Positions 22,601-36,500 of a stretch of DNA of 64,000 bases are shown piece after piece. The stretch's first letter is position 1. Each line of letters starts with the position of its first letter. Below the pieces are notes generated by a model that searched no databases, was not told the DNA's origin, and saw only the letters and a program-made list of their open reading frames with translations. Source of the stretch: Ylistrum balloti (Eukaryota); contig NW_026782155.1 of NCBI RefSeq assembly GCF_031769215.1, positions 744,001-808,000 of the forward strand, given 5' to 3'. Position numbers and translations under genes: made by a program.

Positions 22601-25600
22601 CCTAGGCATGCTGTTTTTATCAGTATTACATTATATGGAGAAAAGTGTATGGAGATCATATTTATTATAATATCAATAATGTATTGTGAATAGATGGGCA
22701 AGATGACTATTTGGCGATATATCTAAGGCATGATATGTGAAATTGTGACATCACAGCTGTTGTCTATATTCTGGCGTCATAATGTTGTCCATAATAATGT
22801 ATTTTGGAAACGATCATATATAAGTGTTTTTCTTGCTAATTACGTTTAAGTAAATAATGCATTTTCAACGTGCATCGTTTAAGTGGGTCATTTTTGAGAC
22901 TATGCTACCGTATGCCCTATTGTGCTATATGAGAATGATAATATGTAATATTTGACAGAAAAGTCAATAAAATAACATCACTTGGTGTCAGACAGAAAAT
23001 TAGTTGAATTGTATCCAGCATCCGCTTTTCCTGTTTCATTCAATACTTTGTTCCTTCTAAATGGTATGTAAGCCTGCATTTACAATATATTTTCATTAAT
23101 TTTCATTTACCAAAGTTTTATAGTCTAAATCAACTTTTCTGAAGATTATCGAAAATTACTCTTTTAAGAGTTTTTCCTCCAAAGAAAGAAAAAACATGTT
23201 AACTTTGAGGATAAGTTATGCAAAATTATCATATTTTTTTATAGTTTTGAGTTACATGACGATAATAAAAAAAATATCGTTCCTATTATATTTGCAGGAT
23301 GGATTTAAAATATATCTCCACGACAACATTCATGATAAGCGATGTGTAACTTTTTCGTTTGTATACAGCGTATGTAACCTTCAACACGTTTAAGTGCCTG
23401 TTTTCCCGGACATATTACGTAATATATCGTGTAACCAAGGAGACTAAACAATGGGCTCACTTAATAAAACCTTGTATTCACACTATACAAATCTCATTTT
23501 ATCATTAACTCCTAATCCCTATTGTAAGTCACCTAATTAATTAATTAAGGTAATCTAATTTATCAATTAAGGCGTGCAACATCACCGAAAAGTCCTAAAA
23601 GGACTTAATGAGACAGTGTAATTTTCTGTTTGGTCCTAAGATAGATTTTTTCATTAATTATATAAAGAAGGGCGTCATGCACTTGTGCGTCATTGGTTCT
23701 CCTTGATCCTTATTCAAGACATTATAATTGTTTTGTATTAAGTCACGTTTTTATTGATTGGTTTATTTATCTATGTTTTGATAATGAATACGGAAGCAAA
23801 GTTATCACTACCGTATACAAGGTAATTTCAACGTGTAAACTTTTTACTCGGGTTTTTCTAATAAAACGATTGTATTATATAACAACGATTGAAATCTGCA
23901 TGTAAAAGAACATCTAATACACACCTGTCTCCTTATTTCCCGCCATGTTAATGTACCGTAAGATAGCGAAAATATCATGTCCGCGAAAACGTCCGGCTAC
24001 ACAACAACAAACAATGACGAAAACTCAAGTATAGAATTGGCAACAATGTCTTTTCAGTAAGTCTTTGTTAAGTTATTCGATATTAATAGTTGGAAAATCT
24101 TAATGCTTTGAAGTTTACTATTTCATTCTAATTAAGCTAATGTTGCAATAAAACGCGTTTTTTATACAAAATTATTTTCTTAAATTTACAGGCGTTTTCA
24201 AAACTTCAACTCCCTTTCTGTAACTGGCCTTCCAGATAAACGGACAATTGAACTGATGAAAAAGCCGAGATGTGGATGTAACGATCTCCTGATGCCGGAG
24301 ACAAAATTTATGATAAGATCCAGAAGAGATCTGAGACAATTTAAGCCTGTAGCATTCAACGAAGGTACTGATACCGAAACAAAACTGAATCATAACATTC
24401 AACCAAGCTACTGATACCGTAACAAAACAGCATCATATCACTCAACTAAGGTACAGATACTGTAACAGTGCAAAAATATAGCATTCAACCAAGTACTGAT
24501 ACCGAAACAAAACAGCATCATATCATTCAACCAAGCTACTGATACCGTAACAAAACATCATCATATCACCCAACTAAGGTACAGGTACTGTAACAGTGCA
24601 AAAATATAGCATTCAACCAAGTACTGATACCGAAACAAAACAGCATCATATCATTCAACCAAGGTACAGATACTGTAACAGTGCAAAAATATAGCATTCA
24701 ACCAAGGTACTAATACTGTAATAGTGTAACACTTAGCATTCATCCATGATAATACTATAACAGTGTAACACCGTCGTATTCAACAAAGGTCTATGCCTTT
24801 AAATCAATATATTTATATTAAGCTAATTCAAGTCTGGATAGGTTAGTCAATAGAGTTCTTGTAAGCTGGCAATTTGAAAAATTGTAGCAAATGTACATAG
24901 GTGAATAGCGACTTTAACATAAATTTAGGTATGGATATCATAGAGTAACAGATGAGATGCATTACATACAGCTGTTTCGTCCTTCTAGGACTCCTCGATT
25001 AATATTAGGGGCCTATATTCTGAAATCTAGGAAGCGGTCGCGGAAAATCCAAAGTGGTCACAAGAAATGTCAAAAACTCGACGGTGCACTAACCCTATAA
25101 ATTGATAAGAAACTCAAGTACATGTACATAATATGAACCTTGCCATTATTCGAATAAAGAATGTGGTATACAGATTATGTCAAACCTCGAAGACTGGACA
25201 TCTACAAGCAGTCTCTACAGTTATACAGTTTCTGTACTCTAACCGTAATCATTGTTGTTTTTTCTAAAAACTTCATCCTTTCACGATCCAACAAGTTGCA
25301 CTATAATAATATTGTTGCAATTTCTGTAGAGAAAAGAAAAGTTAATATCATCACTTCAGAGGAACATCACTCTCTTTAACTTTGTAATTTTACTAAACCT
25401 GAGAAAAAATGAATTTTATAAAGAAAAAGGAGAACCTGTTATAATCAAATTGCTTTTGGACAATTAGATATATAACTTTCAGATTTGATAACAAAGCTAT
25501 GCACTGGTATATCGTTTTCAATATACTACCTCACGACTGTCCTTTGTTCCAGGCCCAGGTAAATGGTCGAAAACGCGGCTGACGTACACATTTCTCAGGA

Positions 25601-28600
25601 GAAATGGATTCACTAGGCAACTGCTTCAATCAGACATTAGGTAAGGAATGACATTTTCCTTCAATATAAATATCTAAAACTTTTCTCTGATTTGTAAAAG
25701 TTTTTATCTATTCAAATTATACACTTCCCGACAAAGCCGTAATAACATTAATATTATAAAAGAAGATTTTTTTTCTTCGCTTTTTCTGATATTGATAGGT
25801 TAAGATTAAATCGTTGTATCTAAATGTTCTCAGGTATTGTCTTCTACAGCAATTTTTCTACTAGAATGATAGAAAAGTTGAAAATAAATTGTTTGACTGC
25901 TAATCAAAATACATAGCCTTTTTATAACCATCACTTTATAACATTAGGTCAGAAATTGCTCGTGCATTCAAAGTGTGGACAGATGTATCTTCATTGGAAG
26001 TTACATACATTGATGATGAAAACGAAGCTGACATGCTGATTTCATTTGAGAGACGGGATCATGGAGATGGGTCTGCTTTCGATGGCAACGGTAAGTAATC
26101 ATTGTTTTACTGCATCAAATATAACTATCACATAAAACAAGAATGTTGTTTGTCACGGCAATCGCTCTCATCCAGTCATGTGTCCAGATACTTTCCTCGC
26201 TTTAAATTTGCAACTGTATTATACAAAAATAAGGAAAATACCAACTTGTCAACATGAGCATAATCCAAACTTAAAGTCAATAAAACTAGGGCAAAAGAAA
26301 AATTTACACGGAGACTCCTGAAAAAGTACAAGGAGAATAAGACAAGGTGTTCTGAAAGAGTAAGCGCCATGTAAACCTTGGCCAATCCAAGTAAGTAATG
26401 TCATGTTCTATAATGAGAACAAGGAATAAGACAATGGAACCAACAGGCACACAACGAGCATCAAACATATTGAGATTCATATCGCACAAAGACATAGAAT
26501 ATTTAGGTAAATATACGTTTTTTCAATAACGTGTTTTTTTCGCCTCGTAGGATTCTCAATTTAGTCTCTTAGCACTAGGAAGTCCTAGGAAGACAAAACA
26601 ACTGTGTGATGCAGTTAAATTCATTGTTTGTTTCTATTGCATCTAACTCCAAATTTATTTGTATTAAAAGACGCTGTTCACTTGTGTGTCTTTTGTTCAA
26701 TTTTGGAATTATTTGAATTTTTTGCGAATTATTGAAGCATGGTTTATTATTTGCTGCTTTTGAACAGGAAATTAAGAGCCTAAGTAAAGAATCGGAATAT
26801 CGCAAACCTTTGCTTAACATCAGACATTTCTGAAACCGTTCATTATCACTATCTCACTTATGTGCATTGCATCCTCATCAACTTTTTCTTTACATTCAGG
26901 AAATGTATTAGCACATGCGTTTTACCCACAACACGGTGTAGCACATTTCGATGACGATGAACGATGGGTAATTAACCGAACTGGAGTTGACCTATTTACT
27001 GTGGCCGCCCATGAGTTTGGACATTCCTTAGGGCTTGCACATTCATCTAATAACGAGGCTTTGATGGCGCCTTACTATGCGGGTTATATACCAAATTATC
27101 AACTTCACTGGGACGATATAAGAGGAATCCAATCGCTATACGGCGGTAAGGTATATTCTTTACTTGAAGTTCTATTTGTCTCCACGCTTTTATTTATTAG
27201 AGTTTGCAAATTGAAGGATATCTATCACGAAAATATATCTAAAATTCGATTGACAATCGACACAAACAATATCATCGTTCTTTGTGCAATTTTAATTTTC
27301 ATTATTTTTAATAAGTTTTTCTTCTTTTACAATATGAACTTTAGTAAACAAATCACTTGAAATACTAAAATACTTTTCAATTTTAAATATGCTTCATCGT
27401 TAGTTTTCATAATCGTTTTTTTTTTATCTATCGCCAGGCCAGTGGTTCGGTAAATGCAAAATATACCCTAACATAATCTATCAAATATGCAGTTAATTAT
27501 ATAATTTCAGCACGTCCTTAAAGTGCAAACGATTGATACCAGTTTTAAAATGAAAGTGTGAGACAATGGTCCTGAATGACAGCAGGTACTTTCATTAAGA
27601 AAACAAATGCAATGAAGCATAAATCGAAGAGGATTTGAGAATGATAATGCTTTAACTATGCTAGCTTTATCAGGAAAGTTCTCTTACGCGTTAAGTGTCA
27701 TTTCTTGACTGGAAATGCAAGGATTTTAAGATATCACAAACAATTAAATGTTTTGCAGATAAAATGCTTTGTATTCATGTGTTCATTTTCTGTAGGTTCG
27801 AAATGTTAGGGTCAGGATATTTTCTCTTTTCCATTGTTTTTGGTGCGCTTTTTTCTAATTTAAGTGTTAACGATTATGTCACGTCATTCCTTAAATTGTT
27901 TTTTATCCTCTGCTTATTAAATCTTGCGAATGTTCACATCTCCATCGAAATATTTGCTGTATTTTGTATATTCTACTATTTACTGAATATGCTATGTGTA
28001 TTTTCTTGAGTTGTATATATTTCAAAGAATTAATAAGCACTGAACTGAAACTGTCCACTTATGTTAAGATAATTATAGTACAAACAGTTAACAAGACGTT
28101 GTACATCGGTGCATTCTCACCTTACAATAATATTAGTTTTATAAACTTGTCTTATTTGCTAAAATCTATATAAAATATGTTTTATTAGAAGTAAACTCAT
28201 CGGATGCTGTTACCAGCGGGTAACTAGAGATACTTTATATCTTACTGAATTCAGGACAAATGGATCTTTTTATGACGTAAGTAAAACATTATTGGTATTG
28301 GGATGCTTCATGGTGGGAATATTTACGATTTTTAATCATATAGGTTCAACGAATGACCCACGTCCACCAATAACTACACGACCCCCGCCTTCAACTCAGC
28401 CTCCACGCACAACAGCAGTACCACGCCCAACAGCAGTACCACGCCCAACGCAACCTATACCTACCACTACCCTACCAACAACCCCAGATATATGTCGATT
28501 CGAATTCAAAGGTGTAATGAGAGGTAAGCTATCTTTTTTTGTGTTTGTTTATGTTTTGACCCATAATCCAAAATATCCTATGATTCGTTTATATTTCTGG

Positions 28601-30164
28601 GCAGAATTTGTGTAAAAAAATGTTTTGAAGAATTACAACATGCTTTAGTGTTTTAAGAAAGTTTTATTTCAAATTTTTTAAAACAATAAGTATTAGTATT
28701 TTTTTCCTTATACAGATGACAATGGTGATATTCTGGCATTCAATTCACGCGGTGATATGATAAGACTGACTTTAAATACAGGATTTATCGAGCAAATGAG
28801 ATCTTCAGATATTTTCCCAGAGGCACCTGAACGGTTTGACGACGTTACAAATGTTCCTTCCGCTGGCACGGTATTTTTCAGAAGTAAGTCGAAAATACAA
28901 GGATTCAAATGAGCCATACACAAACATCCAATGTACGAGTAAATCAACCATTTGGCTGAATTAGGATTTTTTTGTCATTTTACCTTGAACTAAGAAATCG
29001 ATTTGACAGTAAACTGTTTGTTACTTTTAGGGGCGTTGAACTGGAAATACCAAATAAAAGCAGGCACAGTCTCAGAACGGGAGCTAACAGTTCTTGAATA
29101 TATACCACGTGCAAGACGGCATCTTCGTGAAAAGATCACAGCTGTCTTTGCCACGAGTCAGAATCGAGTTTACATAATCGGGGTAAGCATTCGTGTTATG
29201 GAATATCAAAGCATTGGAAAAATGAATTCTAGTTGATACTATACCTACAAATGTAAAGACATTTAATGTTTTACAAATATATACAATATCATTACATGAT
29301 TTAAGAAAAAACAACTTACATATATATGTTTGTATGGTATTTGAATTATTTCTATACAAAACAAGAATAATTATTCAATTACTAAAATTCACGAACTGCT
29401 TCTTTTTTATCAATTTAAAATTGTTTATTTAAAACATCAAATATATTTATATTTTTAAAAATCAATACACATTATTTCAAATCTAACCGTTTTTAACTTG
29501 TTTCTAGTTAGAACAATCTTCTACTGGTATTGTTGAACAGATGAAAAAAAATGGTAGTACATGAATAGATTAAAATAAATTGTTGTCAAAGATTAAACTT
29601 AAAACTTAGAATGAGGGGTATATCGAAAAAAAAAACAAACAAACAAACAACATTTGCATTTATGCGAAAGGGAGATAATTTGCCATAGTATATAGAGAGT
29701 TTGTCTTGATGACCGATATACATAACAGTAATTTTACTCAATTGAATTTGACAGACGTACTTTGTGCAGGAGTTTAATGCACAAACCATGGAGATCTTAC
29801 CAGGATCATACGATTATACCAGTTCAAAATTTCCTGGAGTACCTCAAGGCCTTGATGCTGCTTTGGCAATAAGCTCGAGAGAAATCTACTTTTTCAAAGG
29901 CCCTCTGTAAGTACAACCGTATATATTATTTAATAGAGACGAAAATGGATTCCTAATTCATTACATACCTGTATAATATTACTTTTAGCGCAAAACAGAA
30001 GAATAAATTCCTAGAGTTCCTAATTGAAATAATTACAAAAATAAATCATATTTTTGTTTGTTTGTTTCATTTACAGATTTTGGCGGTTTGATTTAGGAAC
30101 TCGGAGTTTACTAGAAAGAGCAAGGCCAATTGCACCCAGATTTATACGAGGACCCTGTGTTTAA
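19666..30164 (+). CDS. Matrix metalloproteinase B (secreted M10A matrixin, paralog of MMP-A), about 521 aa, 11 exons
   Basis: Exons: 19666-19752 (signal peptide [22 protein letters not shown]; least certain exon), 22266-22354, 24192-24364, 25553-25640, 25948-26090, 26900-27145, 28344-28523, 28716-28883, 29031-29182, 29755-29906, 30077-30164. All introns are GT-AG, in frame, with the same phases as MMP-A. Motifs: YCRRYGYL; PRCGCND; furin RSRR; [20 protein letters not shown]; [11 protein letters not shown]; ALMAP; terminal FWRFD...GPCV*. Confidence 0.93.
19790..21477. repeat. Compound TC/TG/TA satellite with a unit of about 50 bp (MMP-B intron 1)
   Basis: Unit tgtatatctgcctctgtgtctctgtatatctatatctgtttctgtttctc. 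A higher-order duplication recurs at 322-bp spacing (20601 and 20923). The array runs into the assembly gap. Confidence 0.95.
21478..21667. other. Assembly gap (190 N)
   Basis: Run of N directly after the satellite. Confidence 1.
21905..21983 (+). repeat. About 80-bp dispersed CpG-rich repeat, copy 1 (MMP-B intron 1)
   Basis: tattttacaacgattgcgaaacaagg...taatcactcttgttggcccggatgtaaacgcgcgaatgg aligns with the minus strand of 56969-57048. Confidence 0.65.
24350..24790 (+). repeat. 42-43-bp minisatellite, about 10 units, starting inside MMP-B exon 3
   Basis: The ca(t/c)(t/c)caac anchor recurs at 24353, 24396, 24439, 24482, 24524, 24567, 24610, 24652, 24695 and 24737. Unit types run A-B-C-A-B-C-A-C-C'. 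Confidence 0.95.
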
Positions 30165-33100
30165 ATTTTAAAACTGCAACGTGTAACTAGAGAAGTGTTT
30201 AGATTGACAAATCATTACATATAAGAAAGTACGTATTTCAGACAACTGAAGAACTTTATCACAGATCTTTTCGATTTTTAGCACGTATTTCTCGAATAAC
30301 AAAGCACCATATTCCGTTCATTCCTGTTAAATATGTATATACAAGTAATTGCATCTTTGTATCGTTTAATGATACACAGTTTTAACTTTCCACAATTTCA
30401 GTCCCCGTAAGTGTGGCTCTGATAAATATTGGTCATTTTCAATATAACAGGTTTTGGTATCTTGTCCTTCTTCACAACATTTTCAATGTTTAAACATAAA
30501 AATCATCACCATATGATCCTAACAATTTCTCTTTCTAAAATATCACCAAACCTATAACGTAATTGTAATATGTTACTTTTGTTTCGTTCCTTTTGAATGT
30601 TCTTAACTCGCCTCTTCAGATTCTTGAAAACAACTGCATTATACAGTTGAAATTATCACTTACCTCTACTGTGAGTATTCGTATAAGTTTGTGGCGGGCT
30701 GTTTACATTTGCGACTTGAATAGGTCAGATTTGAAATATGTGTTACTAAAAATATTCTTAAAAGTGGTATTCAATTGTTGTTCTTTAGTGCAATATCAAG
30801 ACTGTGGTTTTATTTAGTTTTTGCTTTTAATTAATATTTTTACGGGCGCTTCATTTGTATTTTAAATTAAATTGTAATGTCATATGATGGTAGTATATTC
30901 TTATCATCCACAACATCTTATAACTGCAGAGTTTTATACAAACCATTACTGAAAAAGTAATCATATTGCTACTTTCATTTTTTATCATTTTCTCTGGATT
31001 TTTGCTGTATGTGCTTTTATTCAAAAGTATCGTGAAAATTCTTGACAAAAGCATCTCTATTTATTTTATCCTCCTTACCGGTTAACCCAGAAAACTATAT
31101 TTTCCCCTTCTTCCGTCCATTTGTCTGTCGGTCTGTCTGTCTCAACGGTTTTTTTTTGTCATGCCCACATCTTTTTAATATTTCACTTACTGTATTTTGT
31201 AGTTGAGGGTTCCGAAATCAAGATTAAATAAATTATGACAGTGAGCAAGAATTGCGGAAGCCAATTTTATACACAAAAAAGTTTTGTTTTTTTTTTTGTG
31301 TAATTTTGCCATTTTTTCAAATCATATCATTTTTGCATTTAATCCTTTATCACCAAGGTCTCAATATTATGATACTCTTTGAAATATATACATTATTATT
31401 TAATACAAGTTATTGTTGTCTTTTCATATGTGGATTTTTTCATTGTTATATGTAAGTGTGAATGGTAGTATTATTTGAACTTTCAAAATTTTCTTTCATT
31501 TTTTCAGCTGGATTGAACAAGGTTTATCTCCCTTTGAATTTAAGAAACTTATTTGCTTTACTCCTACAAGTATGTTTGTATTTGCTTTGTATCAGATAAC
31601 TTGTCATTTCTTTATGTGTCAGAGTTGTGATCTTTTCTTTCATTCAAAGGTCTAAGGTAGGAGTATTTTGTATTTCATACATTTCTGTTGTAATTTAAAT
31701 ACAATTTCAGTTCTTCAATTCTTCAATATCAAGACAAGTGGGTAACTTCTATCTAAGGCTGTTTTTCTAACTGTTTCAGAAGTTTTTTCTTGTCAATAGT
31801 CCTTTCACCACTGTTATTGCAACAAGAGGATATTGAGTTAAGTCCAACTCTGGTCCAGGTATTGTCATGCTGTTCATATTCAATTTGAACATCAGAAGTG
31901 CTAGACATAAATTATTTGGAAGATATTGTTATTGATTAAGATATTTTTTATCCTAACAGAGACCCATCTGTATGTTGCATTGTTTGGCACTTCTGCATCA
32001 AACTCTAAATTATTAAAAGGTGATATTCACTTGTGTGTATTTTGTACAGTCTAGATTATACAGTGTCTACTATATGCTTTGTACGCCAACTTCCAGTATT
32101 CGCTGTTTAGTTCCAGTAAAAGGCATTGTTGAAATATACAAAGATATTAGAATTTGTTTATGTGTATAAACCACCAACTGACAATTTTCAAATGCATTTT
32201 ACCAGGTGTAATTAAGATAGAAAATTAATAATGTAAATAGGTTTACGTTTAGTATGAAATGTGTCTGGAGATGTTTTCACATCAAACATTGACTTTGTTA
32301 GCTTATCCTGTGAATCATATAAATATGTTTACTTATAGTTCATATGTAAATAACACCTAATACAAAAGAAATTTCAACATTTTTGTATTCATTGTAAACA
32401 ATACAAGTATATTATATTTTTTGTATGATTTGAATGATGAAATCTATTTGTATGCTTTAAAACAGTATTTTTTTACAAATAAAGTATCATTATCATATTT
32501 GTATGTTCATTTGTAGGAAAATACCTTGCTGTCATTCTTTAAAGTCAACTGGATATAAGATAAAGAGTTTATTTGTACTCAACAGAATTAGCAATCAACA
32601 TACAACAGAATTTTTTTGTTTATAAGGCGGTTTACTATTTTATGTTTAAACAGTCGGTACAATGAACGTTATGACTTTGATTTCCCTGATGTTAATTTCC
32701 TATTTATAGACGGAAACAGTCCCGCTTCCACAATATACAGTGTTGTGTAATGGCAATGGATTTAATAGTTGTAGTCTTGTCTCCACATCACTATTTCTGA
32801 GATAATAGGACAGGGTTTCGAAAGATGAAGAGTAATAAAAAAAATACTGTTATTTCTTCTGGAAATAAACAAATTACTTTTAAGATATGAACTTAGGTGT
32901 GTAAACGTCTGGTAATTTCCTCATCATAAACAGTATTCTCATTTCAGAACAAGACATCACTTACTTACATAAAGCAAGATTTACATAACCAATGTGGATA
33001 GAGTTGAAGACACTTACACTTCTGGAACACCTGAGAGTATCCTCCTTAGAATGTTTTTCAAAGAATCTGTGTTATTTGCTCTTTCATTTATATTTTGTCC

Positions 33101-33588
33101 TTGTTCATCGATTTTGATTTGTAATCACAAGTTTACTTTACATGGTATCATTTTGGTACTGTTTTGTTGTTTGTTTTCTCCTACATTTATTTTAAATGAC
33201 CGTAAAAAAATAAAAGGGTTCATCTAATATTGTCTTGGCAAATTCATCCCAATCTTACACATGGAGCAATGACGTCATCAATTAACGGTATCATATACAT
33301 CACTATGACTCAATCTCATCATAAATAATGTCTCATTTTTCAATTGCATATCTTAATAGAAATATTCAATTGTGTATTTTTATATCATTGTAGCTCTTAA
33401 GAAGAAAGTATGAGGTCAGTATCCTGTTCTGTGTTTAAAATAATCGGTATCTTGTTGATATGGTTTATTGATTGATAAACAATAAACAATATTCAACATT
33501 ACTAAATAGTTCTATAACAGAAAAAAATCAAGACAAAAAAATTGCCATAAAATGCCAGGTTTATTAAAAATTTTAATTTTCTAACATG

Positions 33589-36500
33589 TTAGGGACTTCC
33601 TGGAGAATCTTCCTGGCTAGAATAAGGCTGATCCCGTTCAAACATGATGACTAGTTCACAATGTGGTGTTTGTGGAAACATGTCTACTGGTACAGCTCTG
33701 ACAGGACGATAGGGTGGTCCTTTGTTGCGTCGAGACGTCTGTCGCGTAAGGCTGATTAACAGAAGAAAATATTTAAAACAAATTACTATGGAAACTACAT
33801 TTTTTTATATGTGAAGATTAATGAAAAAATATCTCATTTTTTGACTAACTGAAAATAAATTTGAAATATTAAAAAGTATAATATTTACAAACCTAACTGA
33901 AAATAAATTTGAAAGCTGAGTACCAGCAGGTTAGTATCAATCTATTTTCATCAAAACCCTAAGCATTTTTTTCAGACTTGACCTTAATTAAAACTGATTT
34001 CGATGTTGACTATTGCATATTACTTTTGATAACTTCCTACCAAAATGCATTTATTGTTCATCAAAAGTGTATGTTAAGGATTGAAAGACAAACACATGAA
34101 TTCCTGCAATATATATAATTTTGTTTTCTTTGGAAATTTCTAGATTCTAGAGTAATGACTTTTATCAGTCCTTGATCCTTGCTTTTACTTTAAAGAAATT
34201 TTTAAAAAATATTTTCAATTTGAATAAAAAAATGATTCTTTTTTAAACAAAATGTTACAGATTATAATTTTCTCATGAGCATATCATGCAAAACAAAGGA
34301 AAGTAATTGACAAGAAGTGTTTTTGGAAAGGATTGTTACTATCATGAAATGGAAAGTACATGTACAACGAAAAAAGTTGTGCTGAAAGTAAAAATTAGTA
34401 GATGTATATGTAGGCAGTAAACAGTAAAGAGTTTTGGAGGGAATCTATGATTGAAGTTGTCATTACATTTCCATGAAATCACATAATCATGGCCATAATA
34501 TGTCAGATTTGTCTTTTGGAATCTGTTGTCAACAAGAGTATCGGTGAAACTGATGCATGCTCCCTGAAGACAACTTTATTGGACACAATGTTTTACCAAA
34601 AAGCAATAATTTTGTAAAAAAAAAGTGGGGTTGAATATGGTATACAGCATATTCTCTTAGTATGACCACTGTATACAACACGTTTCATGCTCCTAGCTTT
34701 AATGCAAGCAAAGCTATGCTCATGTCACAAAATTTCAAGAAATGGCAACAACTCTCTACTGAGGGGTCATGGGGTCTGACTTTGCTACAGTGCACCTTGG
34801 TTTATATGACTGATGTATATACATGACCTTTCAAAATCATAGCTCAAATGCAGGCAAAGTTTTCCAGGAGCAAAACTTTTCAGGGAACATAAAGATATTT
34901 AGATTTTGTCAACAAGTAATTCTCACTCAAATGATTTAAGGTGGTAACATAGAGGAAGTCATATGATTCAAAGTTTGGAGATGTGATGATCAGACTAATA
35001 TCATTCTACATAATCCATAATCCATTTAAATACAACAATATGGGCTTCACTGTAGATCTATCAGTTACATACATATTTATACTTACTCTAGAAAGTTGTT
35101 CATTGCAGCCTTAGGATTACAAGACACAAACACTACTTTAGTGAGGTGAGGAGATCGACGCAGGGCTTGGAACACACTTGACTCTGAAAGTAAGAGAATT
35201 AAAAAAAAACTTAAGTGCATTAAAATTATTTTTTCAAATCACAAAATTTCAATGATCTGATTTGTAAAACAAAATTTTTACACAAGCTTCACACATTACA
35301 AATTTGCTAAATTTTAAAATTTTCTTATTTAAATCCCTGTATCGGCATAAATTTTACATGCAGCAACATTCTTAGTGATAATCTGAAGTAGGATTTTCCA
35401 AATCTTTAGACACATTATTCATCTGAAAACATCTGAAGTGGAATCCACCACAGGTGGAGCCACAGGTCTGACCGGAGAGTAGACAACTTACGAAGTCCTG
35501 GTCTGGGTGGATCCACCACAGCCACTACATCCACAGACCTCAGTGATTTCATTGTGCGTTTGATGGCATCTTCCGCTTTGCTGCACACATAATGAACATT
35601 TTCTATGTCTGTGAAATAAACAAATAAGAAATAAAATGATTACACATTAAATCTCTCAAAAAATATACGGTAATTTGGTGACATTTTATTATCTTCATGT
35701 CACTTCTGATACCAGAACATTATAGTTAATTCAGTATGTTTAGTCGAAGTTTGAAATGGACAGAAACTGGCATGGTCCAAAATTGAGTAAATCACACGCA
35801 CAGTAAAAAAACCCTAATTAACACAATCTGTATACTTCACTAGAAAAAAGATGTATGTTGACTTTACTGTATGTATAAGAAAGTCATTAATCAAACTCAT
35901 AATTAAATACAGTATATCAGCACTTACTTTAAGTTATGTCAATACCTATCCCTGCAGAAGTTTCTTTAGTGATAACAAAACTCACCATTTATTTTGGTGG
36001 TAAAACCCTCCCCGTATTAGCATTTGGTTTCTATACTGATAACAAAACTCACCATTTATTTTGGCGTTCTCTTTAGCATCACTGATTGCCTGCTGACACA
36101 TTTCTATGCCGATCACACGTGACACTTTCTGTAAATGTTAGCAATTTATCAGTCCAAGAATCTTTGGGACATACATAGAGTAGAATAAGATAGAATTAGA
36201 GGAATGCAGAGGAATAAGAATAAAAGGCATACACAGGAATACAGATGTTTTTTGAATAAGGATTCAAAATCTGATTACAGCGTATTTGCTTGCATCACTG
36301 AATTCATTCCACACAAAACCTACTACAGATAAAGATTTTTTCTATCTATGCCTGTAAACATGACTGCATAAAATTAAAACGGTATTCAGTCCTCCATTCT
36401 ATCTCTCTGAGTTTAAAGTGATGTAGGTATAACTTGATCATAATTTTTCAAATAAAAAACGGACTATTTCAGAAGTTTATTTATAGATATTCTTATTCAA

